Source: Malacoraja senta
Lineage: Eukaryota
Reading direction: 5' to 3'
Assembly (NCBI GenBank): GCA_038087875.1
Contig: CM075992.1
Location: 7,814,001 to 7,878,000 of the forward strand
Length of the DNA stretch: 64,000 nt
Shown in pieces: positions 59,751 through 64,000 of the stretch. How positions within the stretch are numbered: position 1 is the stretch's first letter; each line of letters starts with the position of its first letter. A program made the translations under genes and the position numbers. The notes beneath the pieces were generated by a model. The model did not search any database. It saw nothing but the letters and a program-made list of their open reading frames with translations, and was not told the DNA's origin.

Positions 59751-62001
59751 AATACCCTTAACAGCATTATTTGCCACTTCATATCTTCTTACTTCTACAA
59801 CAAACTACAAGTCCTGTGATAAACTGAAACCCCTGCCATTCTTACAGACATTGACTAATTGTGTGCTAGCTCATTTTCATCAATCACCATTGCAGACATG
59901 TGAATCATTACTATAAATTCCTAGACATGAGAATAACAAGGCAAACCCATCCTAATTGATTAATTAATTGAACAAAGCGGTTTCTTTAGCTGCAATTTAA
60001 AGTCCCAGATTGGCTTGATATTTCTCGAGTGTGAACGTGCTTCTATTTTTGTATTGCACAGAATGTGTTAACAGATTAGTCAACTAATTCAAATTTTTCT
60101 AACACATTTTTTTGACACCAAAATATGTCTTAAGATATAACATTCGGAATGTTTTTTTGGGTTATGGCTCACTCAGGAGACTGAATCAAGAACAGTTTGC
60201 GTATCCATAACACTGAAGATGGCAGTTCTAATGCTGAGTAAATAAATGCATTTTGCTTTTGATTATTTCTTTTCATCCATCTCAGGAATATGTCAGAATT
60301 GACCATAATCTTACCAATAGTGTAAGCAACATGAACTAGTTTTTAAATCATAGTCAGAGAGTCATACAGCATGGAAGCAGGCCCTTCAGCCCAACTCGTC
60401 TATGCTGATCAAGATCCCCCATCTAAGCTCATCCCATTTGCCTGCCGCTTGGCCCATAATGTCAACATACTGAGTAGGAAATTGTAAATGATTTAATTTC
60501 TTCTTAAATAGCTCAAAACTCTCCTGAGAAAAGTTCAGAATGTCAAAATTATATACGGTTTTTTTTCTCATTCATTCACAGAATGTGGACATCACTAGCA
60601 AGATTTAGTTAATGGGTTTTCTTTAATCTCCCTGATTTTAGTGGCTTTCTATTTCAGACGGTACACATTGTTGAGTCTCTGGTCACATATATCCCAGACC
60701 ATTTAAGAAAAGCAAATTTTGTACGATTAATGAAATAAATAGATTTGTAATTTCAGGTCAACATTACTTACGCTCGTTCTTAAATTCCTGATTTATTCAA
60801 TTACTTATATTGAAATTCCCCACCTAACACGAGTAGGTTCAAATCTATACCTTCTGTTCAGGCTACTGGATACCTTAACTAGTATTGCCACTTTGACACC
60901 ATACCCTTTATTGTTACAGCCGAAGTGGATTAGTGTGAAAATTTCAACCATTTACCGTCATAACTTAATGAAATGACACTGCAGAACTAAAGCATGTAAT
61001 TTAGGTTAGACACCTTTTTGTTACATTGAAAAATGTATGCACAGTGATGTGATGCTGTACACAGCAGGATGGAAAATGAAATGGCTGTTTTAGATAACAT
61101 TGTTAAACTGATACTATTACGTTATACGGGTTATTGACTCGCCAAGTGTTACTGTAAGTGGATTGAGCACAGGTCCCACAGACTGCAAACTTTCCAAAAC
61201 CCATCGGATAACCACTTCACACATCACAAACTTCCCCAATAAACCCCTCACATGAAGCTGGAATTCTAACCGCAGCTGCTATACCCACTGCAGACATTAA
61301 AACAGATTTGTCTTGAAAATGTGGTCATTAAACATGAAGCTTATTCGCTATATAATATCTGACACTGATTGATGTGATGTTCTTCAGCCAGATAAGAAAT
61401 CAACAGCGCCATGCGCAACTAGGATCCAAATCCAACCGAATCCATTTAAAGAACTCTCGGACAAATACTAATTCTTGTCCTTTCTCTAATTTTCTTTTAA
61501 CAACTTTCTCAAATTTTCCTCTTAAAAGAAATTATGAATTCTGCTTCATACATTATTACTTCTTCAGCAAAAAGACCCCTAATCATTTCATTGTCTCCTC
61601 ACAATTGAAACAATTGAAGTCTCAAATCAACAATCATTTCAGTATTAATCTATAGGACATCTAATCCTTCCTGATGTTAGGCATTTTGATAAAATATTCA
61701 AACTGAGACCTAATAATTTGTACCAACATTGTATTTTCCCTGTACGCTAATTACCTGACTTTCTTCACTGTTATCAGCATCTAAGGTCTAATGATTTACT
61801 AATATGAAATCCTAACATCTACCTCCTCTTCTAGCTCTTTTAGATTTAAAGGCCTGTTTCCTTGCTGTGCAGCTATAACTTCATCAGCAATTTCATCAAG
61901 ATAACCTTCATCAGATTAATTTATACGTCTCAAAATAATTCAGAAGCAATCCTTAAACAGCAGGTCATTTCCTTGCAGGTCCCTTTCTTTTTTCTCTCTA
62001 G

Positions 62002-62170
62002 CTCCTAAAGAATTGTGCTTATCCGATGAAGCAAGCCACTGTTTGATGAAGGATGTAGCACCTCTACGGTCAATGGATCACTTGCCGCTCCCAGCTTTTG
62101 ATGTCTCTTCATATTCTTCAGATTCCATTTTTAAAAGTCCATATGACACTTCTTCTGACCATGACAGATT
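62002..62170 (+). CDS. Candidate internal exon, product unknown
   Basis: CCCTTTCTTTTTTCTCTCTAG acceptor, 169 nt open in one frame (PKELCLSDEASHCLMKDVAPLRSMDHLPLPAFDVSSYSSDSIFKSPYDTSSDHDR), GTGAGT donor. No recognised homology. Confidence 0.3.
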
Positions 62171-64000
62171 GTGAGTGAGCAGGAAGTAGAGGGCTTGTTT
62201 AAGGAGGATAAATTTGTATGAAAAACAATATCCAGTCCAACGAGGTTCATGAGAATTATTGCTTCAAAGCCAATAATATTGGTATCTGGGAGAATGCTGG
62301 CATTTGTATGGTGATCTTTGCACTAGATGCATATTATCTTCCAGAGACACCATTGGAGGCATTTCCCCAGAAATGAGGTGATGCCACTGGTTCTCCTACG
62401 GTTCACATCCATAGATTGTCACAGTGGTGACTGATTGATTAAATGGGACCTTGGTGGTCTTCTGTAGTTCACAATCAAGAAGTGCACAACGCAGAAGAGT
62501 TTCTCAAAGGAGTGTTTCCAGTTTTTATTTCATATTCACCTAACCATCCAATCCTTTCTCACAAGTTAACCTTTTTAACTTTGCCATAATATATCCAAGT
62601 AATTGGTCTCAACCATTCTCAAGATAGCAAATTCCACATTTTAATCTCCCTCTGGGTGAAGAAACTATGTGGCTAAAGTCTAAGTGCTTTTCTACTCCAT
62701 TTGATTTACAGCACAGAAACAACCATATTTATTAACCAGAGTTTAAAAGTCTCACAAAAGTGTAAAACTTACATAACACCTCTATGAGATTCTTCCTCGA
62801 TTATAGAAGTACACAGCATGGAAACAGTACCTTCAGCCTCACTCATTCATGTCGCTGAGTTAGTCCCATTTGCCTGCATTTGGCCCACAACCCTCCTGTT
62901 CATTTATTTTCTAAATGACTTTTAAACATTGTAATTGTCTTGCAGATTATTAAAGATTGTGGACTTTCGTTGTTTTCCTAAAATAAACCCACACATTTTT
63001 ACTAAAATTAATTTGCCATTTACAAGACTATCAATACCTGTTTATTACATCTCCGATATTTTGTCGCAGGCTTCCTCAGTCGCAACTATCTCCTATATTC
63101 AAAATCAGATTAGGGTCATATTCGTCCTTCTCCCAAAATTCAATCCACTGTCAATCCCACAGTAAAATTAATTAGCTATCCATTGAAGAAACCAAGAATC
63201 TCTTTAGTCAGTTCTACACATTCACATTTTTCATACTTTTTATATATTGTCTCTTGTTCATTTAAGACTACAATTAACCCTTTCAAAAATGTTACTGGTT
63301 TTCATGGACCTATGTTCAAAAGGCAAATGTTCAAATACATTCCCTATTCTTCATTGTCAGAAAAAAGCCTTCATAACAAATTACATTAAATAGAATCCTT
63401 TATTGTGTCAAAGTCTTATTAAGTGAATATTCATTAATCAGGGGACACTTATATGGTAAAAGTCTGTTATCAGAAACGTTGCTTTGTAAACTTTGTAAAC
63501 GTAAACTTTGTTATCAGAAATGATATATTGCCGATGATGTAAGAGCTAATCTTGAGCTCACTCAGTACTGCTCCCTTAGTGCTGCTTTTGCTCCTTCACC
63601 ATTGCCCTCCACTAGCCTGGCTGCTCCCTCAGTGTTACTCCACCATCGGCCAAGTCGCCCTGTCCAAAATGCTAGCTGCTTGAGTATGCAAAACACCAGC
63701 CAACAAAGCTTTTACTTCATTTACTAAGTTTGATAATTGTTTCAATCTGTCCATTTTGGATTTATGGGTCCAAGTACACAGCACTTAAAAACGATTGAAT
63801 TACAGAAATACTATTGGAATGATGGTCTGCCTCAAACAAATGAACACTAAAATCAAGCATCACTGAACGAGAATGCTTGACAAGAGTATTGAAAAAAAAC
63901 CAACTGTATTTTGAAAGGAACAGTGCTAATGTTAGGCCTGTTGCCGCACAGCTCTGGAGACTGAGTTTCATGTGTTTCCAGTTCCTTATCTTAACCAATC

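Overview
Eukaryotic, repeat-rich, essentially non-coding vertebrate DNA. The repeat complement (HE1-type V-SINEs, HER1/CR1 LINE ends, Rex1/Babar LINE ends, a DeuSINE remnant) points to a cartilaginous fish, probably a skate or ray; this is inferred from recognised repeat families, not from a database search. No recognisable host protein-coding gene is present. The window looks like a long intron or gene desert with several repeat-free AT-rich blocks resembling conserved enhancers and two or three weak exon candidates. Nearly all listed ORFs are spurious or decayed transposon coding sequence. Main observations: (1) a recurrent ~65-200 nt Penelope-derived insert carrying a minimal hammerhead-ribozyme core, with defined ends, target-site duplications, fold-back copies and locally templated junction filler; (2) a palindromic MITE whose apex has captured an inverted, almost perfect 194-bp copy of nearby flanking DNA; (3) a MITE built from two inverted THAP-domain exon remnants; (4) a GC-rich non-tRNA retroposon family with a covarying RNA hairpin; (5) internally deleted Vingi-like and RTE-derived elements. 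Coordinates of old, decayed repeats are approximate.
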